Source: Candidatus Marinacidobacterales bacterium (GTDB lineage Bacteria; Acidobacteriota; Vicinamibacteria; Marinacidobacterales; DATDRI01). From it: a stretch of 64,000 bases of DNA. The stretch is taken from positions 1,056,001-1,120,000 of the forward strand of contig OZ244742.1 in assembly GCA_965219415.1 (NCBI GenBank), given 5' to 3'. Below, piece after piece: positions 11,452 through 22,238 of this stretch. The position numbers and the translations under genes are program-made. The notes under the pieces were generated by a model. That model saw nothing but the letters and a program-made list of their open reading frames with translations, had not been told where the DNA came from and made no database searches. The stretch's first letter is position 1. Each line of letters starts with the position of its first letter.

Positions 11452-12330
11452 TCATTGGGCTCTTTCTGGAACATGTGCGCGTCTCTCCGCCGGTGGAGTC
11501 GTCGACTCACTCATGACCATCGTCTCGCCCGCCGCCTCTCGTTGTTGGAGCTCCCAGATCTTCGCGTACTTGCTAAAGTCGTAGAAGGCGGCAATCGCTG
11601 CCACGATGAGACCCTTCTTGCCATCGAATAATCCCAGACGGACGATGAGATCTCGAAACAGCACCGCGGGCACAATGAACAGGAGCCGCCAGAAATTCAC
11701 ACGGCGACCGGCCTGGAAACGCACGCGGGCGATGATGTTCGAGTACTCGTCGTCCTTGCGAACGCGATCGGTGATGGATTCGGTGGTGTAGTGATGCAGG
11801 GCTCCTTTTAGACGTCCCACCGGTCCATCGATGATGGCCCGCTCGTGGACCACATCTTCCGACACTCGACCTCGCCCGTTCTGAAAGAGGCGCGGAATGT
11901 GAGCAGGCCGCGACCTACCGAACCTCAGGCGTACCCCGCAAAAATAGTTGACTCGTTCCACGGTGTATCCGGACGTTTCTCCAAGAGTCCTTGTCACCCG
12001 CTGGATTTCGCCCGCCAGCACCGGATCCACCACTTCATCGGCGTCGAGTAGAAGGATCCAAACCCCGTTGGCGTGAGCAAGCGCGAGGTTCTTTTGGTAG
12101 CCGAAGCCCTTCCACTCGGGCCGTAGAAGGACGGTGGCACCTAGCCGCGTCGCGAGCTGGCGCGTGTAATCGGTCGAGCCCGAATCTACGACTAGGATCT
12201 CATCGGCCCAGGACACCGCGGTGAGGGTTCGTTCGAGAAGGGCGGCGGCATTGTGGGTGATCAGAACGACGCTCAGCGTCGGACGGGACGAAGGTGGGCC
12301 GTTCTCCTTCGAAAAAACCGCAGCAGACAT
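11452..12330 (-). CDS. glycosyltransferase family 2 (WaaE/KdtX-like)
   Basis: VVDSGSTD, GFG.QKN, LDADE, VHE, HYT. Confidence 0.9.
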   Translation of the reverse strand: MSAAVFSKENGPPSSRPTLSVVLITHNAAALLERTLTAVSWADEILVVDSGSTDYTRQLATRLGATVLLRPEWKGFGYQKNLALAHANGVWILLLDADEVVDPVLAGEIQRVTRTLGETSGYTVERVNYFCGVRLRFGRSRPAHIPRLFQNGRGRVSEDVVHERAIIDGPVGRLKGALHHYTTESITDRVRKDDEYSNIIARVRFQAGRRVNFWRLLFIVPAVLFRDLIVRLGLFDGKKGLIVAAIAAFYDFSKYAKIWELQQREAAGETMVMSESTTPPAERRAHVPERAQ

Positions 12331-12385
12331 GGAGCCATGATGGTAGGTCTAAGACAGGAACGGAAGCAAATGCGCCAGACGCCCC

Positions 12386-12883
12386 TCAGAGAGAGCTCAG
12401 TTGGCGGACCTTCCTCGTGACCCATTCCTCGCTCGAGAAGATGCGCGGTGCTACCTCGATGACACGTGGCAGGAGAGCGAAAACCGACGGCTGGGTCCAT
12501 TCGGCACCACGCCGCGCCTTGAGACCTCGCCGATTCAGCTCGTCCGCCACTTCGGACATGGTTTTGTCCTCGACGATCATCTCCAACACGAGCAGAAGGG
12601 TCCCCGTTTCAGCTGGATCTTCTTCCAGGTGGAGGCAATCTTTAGAGACTTTGAGACCGAAGGGTATCTCTTCCTTAACGCGGCCGGTCTCTTCCTCGCC
12701 TACTCGAGCCTCACGTTCCCACTCGACCGCGACGAGCCTCCAACCTTCGGCTGCTTTTTCTCTCACGTACTCCGGACTCGGAAGTCCGGCGGCCACCTCT
12801 CGTAAACGCTCCAGTTTGCCCATCAAAACCTCCTCATCACTTACCGGTACGGTCTGCGGAAGAGCAAACCTTGTGCCACGCAA
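12386..12883 (-). CDS. hypothetical protein with recombinase-like DNA-binding segment
   Basis: IPFG...VADELNRRGLKARRGAEWT resembles the recombinase DNA-binding domain; no catalytic domain. Confidence 0.55.
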   Translation of the reverse strand: MRGTRFALPQTVPVSDEEVLMGKLERLREVAAGLPSPEYVREKAAEGWRLVAVEWEREARVGEEETGRVKEEIPFGLKVSKDCLHLEEDPAETGTLLLVLEMIVEDKTMSEVADELNRRGLKARRGAEWTQPSVFALLPRVIEVAPRIFSSEEWVTRKVRQLSSL

Positions 12884-13022
12884 CTCCTTCCATTTTCAGC
12901 AAAATAGCCCATCAACCTGCGAGGAGTCGTCCGCCGGTGGGATTTGCATGCGTCGAAAGCGGACACTCAGTTCCTACCCACGACAGTTGGGTTTATACTC
13001 CGACCGGAGGCAGAGAAAGACC

Positions 13023-13250
13023 ATGGCTAGGCGAGAGAAGGAAACCCAAGAGCTGAACGACAAACTATCGGAGCATATGAAAATCATCTTGAAGTGCACA
13101 GCGCCGTCCGAGAAATACGGCCGGCTCTTGCTGGCGTCTCCTCCGGACACCCGCTACCCGTATGTCTACCCACGCGACACGAGTTGCGCCGTGCAACTCT
13201 TCCGCCGACTCGTCGGCTCGCCCGCCGGGTACGATGCCGCCGATCCTCCT
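13023..13250 (+). pseudogene. GH15/glucoamylase-like gene, N-terminal fragment
   Basis: ASPP..RYPYVYPRD resembles the GH15 Y.Y.W.RD motif; ends at a fold-back junction. Confidence 0.6.
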
Positions 13251-13791
13251 TGAGGATCGGCTTGTGGAATTCTTTCGCGAAATCCTCACCCGGATCCCAC
13301 TCTTTTTCCATGAACCACTCGAATCGTTTGCAAGTGGAGAGATGCTCTGGGATCTCTCCCTTATCGTTCCGGTAACGATCGATCGTGCTCGAGAGCTCGT
13401 CTCCCCGTTTCTTGTTGCCGCTCCAGAAATGGTACTGCGCAAGCACCGCCGTATATTGGAGCCAGGGTCCGTTTCCAGCGTGCACATGGACCGCGAAGTC
13501 GTCGTAGAAGGGGAGATATCGCATGATCATTCCGAACTCGGGATCAGTCAGCTGTTTTTCCAGGTAATTCACGCTCGTTTTCCATCTCATCCTTATAGTG
13601 TAAGAACCCGAAGTAAACGGGCTGAGGATGGTGAAATCGGGCCGTAGATCCATTGTCCCCTCCGGCCTGATACGACGGACATAGCGGTCGCCGGTCATGA
13701 ACAGCTCGCTGACAGAGTGGAAGAACTGTTTGCGGAAGTTTAAGTACGCGGGCGAGATCGCCTTCTTCTCGTCGTACAAAGTGGCGAGCTC
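13250..13791 (-). pseudogene. GH15-like distal fragment, inverted
   Basis: RYLPF...HAGNGPWLQYTAVLAQY...GEIPEH typical of the C-terminal helical barrel. Confidence 0.6.
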
Positions 13792-14400
13792 CCACCGGGA
13801 AACCCGGCCTTGGACGCGGGCGACACCATCTATCTGAGCGTTGCCGATGACCAAGGCAACATGGTGTCTCTCATCCAGAGCAATTATCGAGGAATGGGAT
13901 CCGGCCTCTCCCCCGATGGACTGGGGTTCATTTTTCAGGACCGCGGGGAGCTCTTCAACCTGGAGGAAGGACACTACAACTCCTACGCACCGCGCAAGCG
14001 CCCCTTTCACACGATCATCCCCGCGTTCATCACTAAAGACGGTCAGCCCTTCATGAGCTTCGGCGTGATGGGAGGAGACGTCCAACCCCAAGGGCATGCG
14101 CAGATCGTCGTCAATATCGTGGACTTCGACATGAATATCCAGGAAGCTGGTGACGCGCCGAGAATCCGTCATTACGGTTCCTCTCAACCCACCGGGGAAA
14201 AGATGAAGGATGGCGGCTCGCTTGCTTTGGAAAGCGGCGTCGAAGCCGAGGTCCTTCGCGACCTCGTTCAGATGGGCCACCGGATCGAACAAAGACCTGG
14301 CGGGTTCGGCGGTTACCAGGGGATTCGATTCGATAGCGAGAACAAGGTCTACTACGGGGCTTCGGAATCGCGGAAGGACGGTCACGCCGCCGGCTACTAA
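13786..14400 (+). pseudogene. ggt: gamma-glutamyltransferase, small-subunit region only
   Basis: DTIYLSVAD..GNMVSLIQS, KRPFHTIIP, GVMGG..QPQGH, ESRKDG; large subunit absent. Confidence 0.85.
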
Positions 14401-14419
14401 TGGTGCCTTTCCTCCTTTT

Positions 14420-14513
14420 TTCCCTCTCCCTTCCGCCTTCGCTCATAGCTTCGGCGGACCCGCCGAAGTCCTTGGAACAGAAGCGGACGGAGGCGGGCTG
14501 GGAGAGGTGAGGG
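14420..14513. repeat. REP-like palindromic intergenic element
   Basis: CCGCCTTCGCTCATAGCTTCGGCGGACCCGCCGAAG with self-complementary flanks; related CCGCCTTCG sequence near 50266. Confidence 0.5.
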
Positions 14514-14522
14514 AGACTGTAG

Positions 14523-17153
14523 ATGACACCCTTCTACGGACTCGACGCCAAGCCCAACCTCGCCACGACGCTCCTCTGCGGACTCCAGCACGTGCTGGCC
14601 ATGTTCGTGGGTATCGTCACTCCGCCCCTGATCATCGCCGGAGAAGTGGGCCTGCTTCGTTTCAGTGGACACCTAACGAACGGAGAGGTATATGGGTGTT
14701 CAGATGGCAGAGAAAAAGAAACGTCGGCAGTTCACGAAGGAATTTCGAGCAGAGGCAGTGCAGCTGGTTCGGGAGAGCGGCAAGGCAGTGAGCGTGGTAG
14801 CCCGGGATATCGATGTGACGGAGACGTCGCTTTATGCCTGGGTGAGGCAGGACAGGATCGACCGTGGTGAAGGCGGTCCCGGAACCCTGACGAGCGAGGA
14901 ACTCGAAGAACTGCGTGGCTTCCGAAAGGAAGTTCGGGAGCTTCGGATGGAGCGTGACTTTCTAAAAAAAACGGCGGCGTACTTCGCGAGCGTGAAGAAA
15001 TGAAGTTCGCAGCGATTCGGATCCAAAGCGAGGAGTTCCACGTTTCGTGGATGTGCCGGCTGCTCCAGGTTTCTCGGAGCGGCTACTATGCGTGGCTGAG
15101 GCGGAAGCCCAGCCGCCGTGAACGAGATGACCTGCGCCTGTCCGTAAAAATCGTTGCGTTCTTCCGAGCCAACCGCGGAGTTTACGGAAGTCCTCGTGTT
15201 GTGGACGAGCTCCGTGCGGATGGTGAGTCTGTTGGGCGTCGGCGCGTTGCTCGCATCATGAGAGAGAAAGGCCTGTGCGCGCGCCTGCCGAGACGTTCTC
15301 GGAAGACGACGGATTCGTCGCACTCGCGCCCCGTAGCTCGAGACCTCGTGCAGCGCCAGTTCTTGCCGAAGACCCCCAACGAAGTCTGGGCTGCGGACAT
15401 CACCTACATCCGAACGTGGGAAGGCTGGTTGTATTTGGCCGTGGTCATGGACCTATTTTCGAGGCGCGTGATCGGTTGGGCGGTGGCGAATCATCTTCGC
15501 CGCAGAGCTCGCTGTCTCGGCGCTTCAGATGGCGGTGCGTCACCGACGACCACCGCGTGGGATGGTTCATCATTCGGACCGTGGCGTGCAGTACGCGAGC
15601 AGAGACTACCGCGCGTTCTTGCGACGCCACGGAATCGAGTGCAGCATGAGTCGAAAGGGCGACTGCTGGGACAATGCCGTCGTCGAGAGTTTCTTCGGCA
15701 CGCTGAAAACCGAATCTCTCTACCGACTCGTTCTGCCGACTCGAGCGCAGGCGCGATGGGCTACCGCCGACTACATCACCAATTTCTACAACCCGAGGCG
15801 ACGGCACTCAACGCTCCGGAACGTCAGTCCCATCGAGTTCGAACTTAGACTCTTGGAAGCAAACCGGTTTGCATAGTCAACTTGTCCACCAAACCGGAGC
15901 AAGCTCAGAGCGCTCGAACTAAGCCTAGCGGAGACTACGTTTTTCGTTAGTATGGCGCTCTTCACCTCTGGCGTCACGACGCTCATTCAAGTCAAAAGGC
16001 TCGGCCCGCTCGGGTCAGGTCTATTGAGCGTACAAGGCACGAGCTTCACCTTCGTACCCCTCGCGATCCAGTCAGGACAAGCCGGAGGGCTTCCGCTAAT
16101 TCTAGGCTGACCCTGGCAGCGTCTCCCGTCGAGATGGTCTTGAGCCGATTCATCGGCTTGGCGCGCCGACTCTTCCCCCCCGTCGTCTCCGGCTCGGTGG
16201 TGATGCTCATTGGATTGAGTCTGATCGCAGTAGGCATCACCGATCTCGCCGGCGGCGTCGGCGCTCCCGACGTCGGCAGCGCCGCAAATTTGGCCCTCGG
16301 AGGCTTCGTCGCGGCGACGATACTGTTGCTACACCGATTCGGCGGCGGTTTCGCAAAAACGAGCTCGATCGCTATCGGACTGGTGGCGGGATATCTGGTC
16401 GCGATCCTGCTGGGGCAAGTGGATCTGGCGGCGGCGGAAACCGCTAGCTGGACGCTGCTGCCCGTGCCCTTTCAGTTCGGCCTTGCTTTCGATCCCGTCT
16501 ACTTGTTTCCGTGGATCATCGGTTACTTCGTGACGACCATCGAGTCGATCGGCGATCTCTCCGCCACCTCGGCGGTTTCGCGTGAGCCCGTTCAAGGCCC
16601 GACCTTCATTCGAAGGCTGGAGGGAGGAATACTGGCCGACGGCTTCGGAAGCCTCCTCGCCGGCGTCTTCAACTCCATGCCCAACACCACGTTCTCACAG
16701 AACAACGGCGTCATCGGTTTGACCGGGGTCGCGGCCCGTCGAGTAGGCTTTGCGGTGGCCGGGATCTTGATTTCCCTCGGGCTCTTCCCTAAACTGGCGG
16801 CCCTAGTCGGCTTGATGCCGAGACCGGTGTTGGGCGGCGCAACCATCGTGCTCTTCGCCGCGGTGACGCTCGCCGGCCTGAGAATCGTCGGCGCCAGTGG
16901 CTGGACGAGGCGGAACGAGCTCATCCTCGCCATTACACTTTCGCTCGGCTTAGGAGTCAGTATGGTGCCCGAATGGGTCGGGAACTTGGATCAGTCTATC
17001 GACCACCCAGTGGTGGCGGTGCTCCTTTCATCCATTAAGGTCGTGCTGGAATCCGGCCTCGCGGTTGGCGCCATTACTGCTACACTGATGAACCTAATGC
17101 TTCCTTTGACACCAAGAGACATCAAGCGCTCGGCAACGAATGAGTCCAACTAG
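14523..17153 (+). pseudogene. NCS2 xanthine/uracil permease interrupted by IS3-family element
   Basis: GLQHVLAMF..TPPLIIAG before IS, ALELSLAETT.. after; TTFSQNNGVI signature; extra frameshift near 16108. Confidence 0.9.
14647..15907 (+). mobile_element. IS3-family insertion sequence (orfA 14704-15003, orfB 15000-15876)
   Basis: TG...CA ends with imperfect IRs; A8 run 14964-14971; WAADITY, HHSDRGVQY, DNAVVESFF; frameshift near 15500. Confidence 0.95.
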
Positions 17154-18483
17154 AACCGCCGGTCCTTTATTCCTTCTCGCCGCCCTTCTCGTTGGCGGAT
17201 GCGCGAACACAGATCCAGAACCAACCGTTGCACCAGTCGACAAAGTCCTTCTGATTTCCATCGACACCCTGCGGCCCGACTTCTTGGGCTCCTACAACCC
17301 GGAGCTCGATACAAGTCCCAACATCGATCGGTTCGCTTCCGAAAGCACGATCTTCACCGACGTGCTCGCCCAAGCGTCCTCCACCGCTCGGTCCCACAAA
17401 TCCATTTTGTACTCGCTTTATCCGAGCGTCCACAAAACGAGTAAATCGACGGTCCCAGAAGAAACGTTGGTCTCACCGCTAGAGACTCTGCAGCGGGTCG
17501 GATTCACTACCACGGGAATCGTGGGTGGTGGACAATTGAAGGCCGAGTTCGGTTTCTCGAAAGGCTTTGACGAGTACATCGAGCTTCCTCCCATCACTCG
17601 GGCCAATCAAATCAAAGCGTTCGAAAAGGAATCGTTTCGTTGGCTCGGCGAGCACCGCGACGATAAATTCTTCCTTTTCCTACATACCTACGAGCCGCAC
17701 TGCCCTTATTCTCCGCCCCAAGAGTACGCGGCCAAACGTGCCGGGTGGTACGAAGGCGACGTCGACCCGGGCAAATGTGGGGCGCGATACTACAACAAGG
17801 TTTTGATGGGAGACGAGGACTATCAATTCGTGCGCGATCTCTATGCGGCTGAGGTCGAGTACGTCGACGCCGCTGTAGGAAGGCTATTCGACGAGCTGAA
17901 GCGGCTCGGGCTCTACGATGAGATGATGATCATCTTCACGTCGGATCATGGAGAGAGCCTCGGAGAGCGTCGCTACGTAGGCCACAATCGACCGTACAAG
18001 GTGCAGCTTCGAGTACCTCTCATTATCAAGCTACCCGGTGTGGCTCCCTCGAGAGCCACCGCCCCGTTGGAGTCCATCGATGTGATGCCCACCGTTTTCG
18101 CAGCGGTTGGCTTGGAACCCACTTATGGTTTCCAGGGGGTGAACCTTATCCCGCTGATGAAGGGCGAGGGTCAGATGGATGAAGAGCGCGTTCGGATCGC
18201 CACCCACCCCAATTTGGTGTCACTCAACCGCGGCCCTTGGCACCTGATCTACAGTCCCAACGCCAAGCGTGTCGAGCTCTACAATCTGAGTGTCGATCCC
18301 GATGAGCTCAAGAACGTTGCCGAAGCGAACAGGCACATCGCGCGAGAACTTCGAGATTACTACGATGAGATGAATCGTCAAAGCCGCGAGCTCGCAGCCC
18401 AATTCACGCTCCGCGAGGGTGGGGCGCCTGTTCTTGACGAAAAGGCTCGCGATGAGCTGAAGGCGCTGGGATATATTCAGTAA
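17140..18483 (+). CDS. sulfatase-like lipoprotein (alkaline phosphatase superfamily)
   Basis: Lipobox VGGC; IDTLRPD, HTYEPHCPY, TSDHGE, ELYNL..DPDE, LKALGYI. Confidence 0.9.
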   Translation: MSPTRTAGPLFLLAALLVGGCANTDPEPTVAPVDKVLLISIDTLRPDFLGSYNPELDTSPNIDRFASESTIFTDVLAQASSTARSHKSILYSLYPSVHKTSKSTVPEETLVSPLETLQRVGFTTTGIVGGGQLKAEFGFSKGFDEYIELPPITRANQIKAFEKESFRWLGEHRDDKFFLFLHTYEPHCPYSPPQEYAAKRAGWYEGDVDPGKCGARYYNKVLMGDEDYQFVRDLYAAEVEYVDAAVGRLFDELKRLGLYDEMMIIFTSDHGESLGERRYVGHNRPYKVQLRVPLIIKLPGVAPSRATAPLESIDVMPTVFAAVGLEPTYGFQGVNLIPLMKGEGQMDEERVRIATHPNLVSLNRGPWHLIYSPNAKRVELYNLSVDPDELKNVAEANRHIARELRDYYDEMNRQSRELAAQFTLREGGAPVLDEKARDELKALGYIQ

Positions 18484-18487
18484 CGCG

Positions 18488-19438
18488 TTAATCCCTGAAG
18501 ATACCCTTCGGCATATGCATGCTCACCAAGACGTGCGGCACGTCGACCACTTCGGATATCTTGAGGTCCCCTGCCAGAGAACAAAGCATGTAGGCCTCTT
18601 GCCGTGATAAACCGCGCTCTTCCACCAGGTATTCGATCATATAGAGCGTAGCCTTCTTCGCAGCCTCGTCGAGGTCTTCCGCGTATGCGGTCACCGCGTA
18701 GTAGTCGTCGGTCTCGTACTGAGGCTCCGTTAGAGACCGCCCACCTTTGATCACGTCCAGTTGGAGGACGATTCGCATCGGGGCCTCGATACCCGTACCG
18801 CAAACCTCTCCGTCCCCCTGTGCAGCGTGGGTGTCGCCGATGGAAAAGAGAGCCCCCTTTACGAGCACCGGAAAATACACTGTCGTGCCCACGACCAAAT
18901 GTTTGTTGTCCATGTTTCCGCCGTTAGCCCGGGGCGGAATCGTCGAAAGCATCTCTTCAGTTGTCGGAGCGACTCCCATTACGCCGGCAAAGGGACGAAT
19001 CGGTAACGAGATATCGTCGGTGAAAGCGACTTCGGTCGCGCCTTTCTCGATGCGAAAGGTCTTTAGGTAGGGGTCGGGGAAATCGTCGGCCAGGAACCCG
19101 AACCCTGGCGACATCGCGCTCCAGGCCCAATCACCGACCTCAATCTCGTGAAGTGTCACGGCGAGCACGTCCCCGGGCTCGGCCGCCAAGACGGAAATGG
19201 GTCCGGTCAAGGGATGAATGGGATCGAAGTCGAGCTTCGAAATATCTTCGACCACCGAGTCTGCCGTGAATTGACCATCCGTCGCCTCCTTGGTCTGAAC
19301 CTCGATGACAGATCCAGAAGGCACCTCCAGCACCGGCGGGATGAGGCCGCTGAAGCGATTGTGAGTCTTGTCGGTTCCTAGAAAATACTGCGGCTCTACA
19401 CGAGTCGCCGACGCCTCCTCACCGGAGTCCACAGGCAT
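18488..19438 (-). CDS. acetamidase/formamidase family protein (true start probably further upstream)
   Basis: HPLTGPI, PPRANGGNMD, GDTHAAQGDGEVCGTGIE. Confidence 0.92.
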   Translation of the reverse strand: MPVDSGEEASATRVEPQYFLGTDKTHNRFSGLIPPVLEVPSGSVIEVQTKEATDGQFTADSVVEDISKLDFDPIHPLTGPISVLAAEPGDVLAVTLHEIEVGDWAWSAMSPGFGFLADDFPDPYLKTFRIEKGATEVAFTDDISLPIRPFAGVMGVAPTTEEMLSTIPPRANGGNMDNKHLVVGTTVYFPVLVKGALFSIGDTHAAQGDGEVCGTGIEAPMRIVLQLDVIKGGRSLTEPQYETDDYYAVTAYAEDLDEAAKKATLYMIEYLVEERGLSRQEAYMLCSLAGDLKISEVVDVPHVLVSMHMPKGIFRD

Positions 19439-19690
19439 CGAGCTCGTGCAGGCGGTAAAAGACAGAAGAAAGAGTAAGACACTTATGACGCCAAGAATCT
19501 ATATAGAAGTTATAATTTTCTCATTATTCATGACCTAGCCTCCCGATCTTGAGAAGCACTATTGCCGTCCAGCAGGGCTGGTAAGCGGGAGGGATAATAC
19601 GTGAGGCGGGCGGTGGGGTCAACAAAAAGCTCAGACTAGAAGCCGATGCCGGGATTCGTCTAGAATGACGTCGCGGAGGAGGGCCTGTCG

Positions 19691-20415
19691 ATGATGAAGC
19701 GTTCAGGGTTACTGCTCTTGACGATGTTAGGCGGCCTGCCATTGCTATCCTGTTCCGGCTTTTGGCCGACGGCTGAACCGGAGGTCCCAGCCGGGAAGCG
19801 GTTCCAAGAGCTCGAGAGGAGACTGCTCCAGGCTGAAACGATTCATATAGAAGGCGGTGCCGGCTCGACGGGAACCGTTGAATCCGCCTTCGAAGGCACA
19901 GTTAGCCTGGCGAGCGGGAATCGTGCTCGTATCCAGTTCGCTGGCCAGTTCGCATCAAACAACGTTCTCGTCGCTCTCGTTTCCGACGGAACCAAGATGT
20001 GGGCCGGGAACGGATCGGACTCGATCGAAGAAGAAGCGCCCGCTGCTTTGAACGAAGGAATTATTGTCGGGCTGACTCGAATGGGCATCCTTTCATAACC
20101 TGGCTGTTCTTAGTGGTGCCTCGGCCCCCGAGGGAACCGACGGCAACGTCCACAAATGGCTCAGCGTAACGAACTTTGCTTGGGCTGGCGAGGAAACGAT
20201 CGACGGAGTCATCACCGAGACGATGACGTTCGACATCAGTGTTGGCGGAGAGCCTTCCGCGAAGGCCAGATTGTGGCTCAACAATGGAAACAGGATTTCC
20301 CGTTCAACGTCAGCAGGTGGTCCAGTTTCCGGATGGAGAGATGACGGCAGTCGAAGTCTACGAAGCCTTCGAGATCGACGCTCCAGTCGAGTCCGGGGAG
20401 TTCATGGTTCCCTGA
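19691..20415 (+). CDS. lipoprotein of unknown function, split by frameshifts
   Basis: Lipobox LLSC; beta-rich sequence continues across frames near 20095 and 20300. Confidence 0.5.
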
Positions 20416-20474
20416 GTTCCTGGACGATGAGCGAGCTCCGAAACGGCTAGACTCATACTAAAAACGAGGTAAAG

Positions 20475-20750
20475 ATGCATTACATACTCTTCTACGATTA
20501 CGTCGACGATATTCTCGACCGCCGAGGTCCGTTCCGAGAAGGGCACTTGGGCATGGCCAAGGAGTCTCATGCGCGGGGGGACCTCGTGTACGGTGGGGCG
20601 CTCGCCGATCCCGTCGATCAAGCGGTGATCGTTTTCAAGGTCGACGACCCCAAGAAGATCGAAGAGTTCGTCGCCGCCGACCCCTACGTGAAAAACGGGC
20701 TGGTCAAGGAATGGCGGATTCGACCGTGGAACGTGGTCATCGGCACGTAA
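20475..20750 (+). CDS. YciI-like protein
   Basis: RR.PFREGHL, GGALADP, ADPYVKNGLV; RBS GAGG. Confidence 0.9.
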   Translation: MHYILFYDYVDDILDRRGPFREGHLGMAKESHARGDLVYGGALADPVDQAVIVFKVDDPKKIEEFVAADPYVKNGLVKEWRIRPWNVVIGT

Positions 20751-20855
20751 GGGTCTGCTAGGGTCTCTGGAAAGACGGAGGCGATCCGGAGAATCTTGAT
20801 CGGAAGGGCCGGGTTGGCTAACCTGAGACGCCGTGCGAGCGCGGCATCTATTTCT

Positions 20856-22238
20856 GGGTTTACGCGGATTCGTGTGGGTAAGTTCTGACGGAAAAACAGT
20901 GTAACTCATTGTGTGGAAAAGGTATCGAGTACTTCATCAGGTGCTGAAAAGTGGTCCATTTTTAGGATAAGCTAACCGAGTGAAAAATTCCCAGTCGATC
21001 CGCTCGCTGTTTGCGCTGCCAGGTTTCGTGGTTGGTGCCGGATTGAAGGGTCTATTCGGTGACCGATACGCCCGCGTCATCCAGCTCAAGAGGCGAAAAA
21101 AACAGCTGTGTGCTCTTACTGTGGGCAACGGTGCCGGGGGCGCTATGACACAAGTGTGCCGGGTCCGCGACCTGTCGTTGGCAGGCTGGCGGATCTATCT
21201 GGAATACGAGCGTCGGCGCGTCAACTGTTCTGGGTGCGGCGGTGTGCATGTAGAACACCTAGACTGGCTGGCGAACAACTCGCGCTACACCCAGCGTTTT
21301 GCGGCGCATGTGGGCAAACTGTGCCGGGATATGCCGAACAAGGCGGTGGCCGAGATGGAACGTCTGCACCACGGTACGGTGAAGGCTCTGGATACGCTCT
21401 ACATGCAAGAGCAGGTCGACCGGGCGGGGCTACCGGCGCCTCGGGCCATCGGTGTCGATGAGATCTCCATCCGCAAGGGACATAACTATCGCGTCATTGT
21501 CAGCGACCTGGAGCGGGCGCGTCCCATCTGGGTGGGCGGTGAGGGTCGCAAAGAAACCGACATCGATTTGTTCTTCAAGGCGCTGGGCGGAAAGAAAAGG
21601 CGCCCGTATCAAGCTGGCCGCCATGGATATGTGGAAGCCCTTCCGGAACTCGGTGATTCACAACGCGCCTAATGCGCGGATCATCTTCGACAAGTTTCAT
21701 ATCATGCGTCATCTGTCAAAGGCCCTCGATGAGGTCCGGCGCGGTGAGTACAAACGCCTCAGCGGCAAGGACCGGTCGTACATCAAGGGGCAGCGTTACA
21801 CTTTGCTTTCCCGGCGGGAGAACCTGAGCCTAGACGGTCGCCGCGCACTCAAAAAGTTGCTCCAGGCCAACCGGCGCCTGAACACCGCCTATATTTTGAA
21901 GGAGGCCTTCGGGCAACTCTGGGATTACCGCACCGAACGCGGCGCTCGCGCCTTTTTCACCCGTTGGAAAGACAGCCTCAAATGGCAACGCCTGCATCCG
22001 TACCAGAAGTTCGCCGGTATGATTGAGTCCCATTGGGATGGTATCGCCTCCTACTGTCATCCGGAGAACAAAGTCAGTCTCGGCCTAGTTGAAGGGGTCA
22101 ACAACAAAATCCGTGTTCTGCAACGACGCGCCCACGGCTATCGCGACGAGGAATATCTCAAGCTGAAGATCGTGGCGGCTTTCCTTCCGCTATTACCCAG
22201 AAATGCAGTTTTCAACCCACACGAATCCGCGTAGACCC
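20856..22238 (+). mobile_element. ISL3-family insertion sequence (transposase 20980-22234, several frameshifts)
   Basis: IRs GGGT(T/C)TACGCGGATTCGTGTGGGT; 8-bp TSD CTATTTCT (20848-20855, 22239-22246); IGVDE, MDMW, DKFH, EGVNNKI. Confidence 0.95.

Noticed and set aside
13084-14385. 433-aa minus-strand ORF as one gene
   Set aside because: It joins GGT antisense sequence to the inverted GH15 fragment
16100-16112. Other premature TGA codons (here and at 23521) as Sec sites
   Set aside because: Coding continues in a different frame and the positions are not conserved Cys
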